A stretch of 44,810 nucleotides of DNA from Candidatus Micrarchaeota archaeon (GTDB taxonomy: Archaea > Micrarchaeota > Micrarchaeia > Anstonellales > Bilamarchaeaceae): NCBI GenBank assembly GCA_013425375.1, contig JACCLH010000009.1:1-44810 (forward strand). The letters run 5' to 3'. The first letter of the stretch is position 1. Each line of letters begins with the position of its first letter. The notes beneath the pieces were generated by a model. That model worked only from the letters and a program-made list of their open reading frames with translations. It searched no databases and had not been told where the DNA came from. Made by a program: the position numbers and the translations under genes. This document shows, in pieces, positions 44,783-44,810 of the stretch.

Positions 44783-44810
44783 TGCCGCTATTGGGAAGAT
44801 TACGCGGCCG

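Noticed and set aside
1-44810. Search for tRNA, rRNA, CRISPR arrays, transposases, integrases or recognisable defence genes
   Set aside because: No T-loop or acceptor candidates occur outside coding regions, there are no rRNA-like stretches and no spaced direct repeats in intergenic DNA. No DDE, tyrosine or serine recombinase motifs are seen. The only nuclease-like accessory genes are the LAGLIDADG ORF and the weak Cas2-like ORF reported above.

Overview
Gene-dense segment of about 50 genes on both strands that reads as archaeal chromosome. It carries PCNA, Rad50 with a CPLC zinc hook, an Ogg2-type 8-oxoG glycosylase, Pelota, archaeal/eukaryal-type TrpRS, PheRS beta and PurF. It also carries an rpe / split-transketolase / transaldolase operon, a two-subunit ADP-forming acetyl-CoA synthetase, an archaeal thiolase plus DUF35 protein, PEP carboxykinase, an Lrp/AsnC regulator and a phytoene-synthase-like gene. 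TATA-like A/T boxes sit about 25-35 nt upstream of many start codons, which suggests leaderless transcripts. GGAGGTG-type ribosome-binding sites and ATGA/TGAATG stop-start overlaps occur inside operons. Convergent genes abut or overlap. About a third of the genes encode secreted or membrane proteins, many of them Cys-rich: a beta-helix protein, a thrombospondin-type-3-repeat/M64-like metalloprotease, a PrsW-like protease, an ABC-2 exporter cluster, a secreted CxxC thioredoxin-fold protein and a 1257-aa surface protein. I found no rRNA, tRNA, CRISPR array, transposase or integrase. The items most worth follow-up are: (1) the ORF-free 310-nt spacer between rad50 and a ydeI-like gene, which holds six strand-specific tetraloop hairpins framed by box C/D motifs and is a candidate novel structured or C/D-like RNA; (2) an AT-rich insertion of about 0.5 kb in the pentose-phosphate operon, carrying a small membrane ORF and a duplicated relic of the transaldolase start; (3) an AT-rich free-standing LAGLIDADG endonuclease gene; (4) a frameshifted Cys-rich surface protein gene; (5) a recurring Cys-containing C-terminal anchor signal; (6) an orphan Cas2-like small gene behind a perfect 20-bp palindrome. 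All functional calls come from motif recognition by eye. No database search or GC computation was run.
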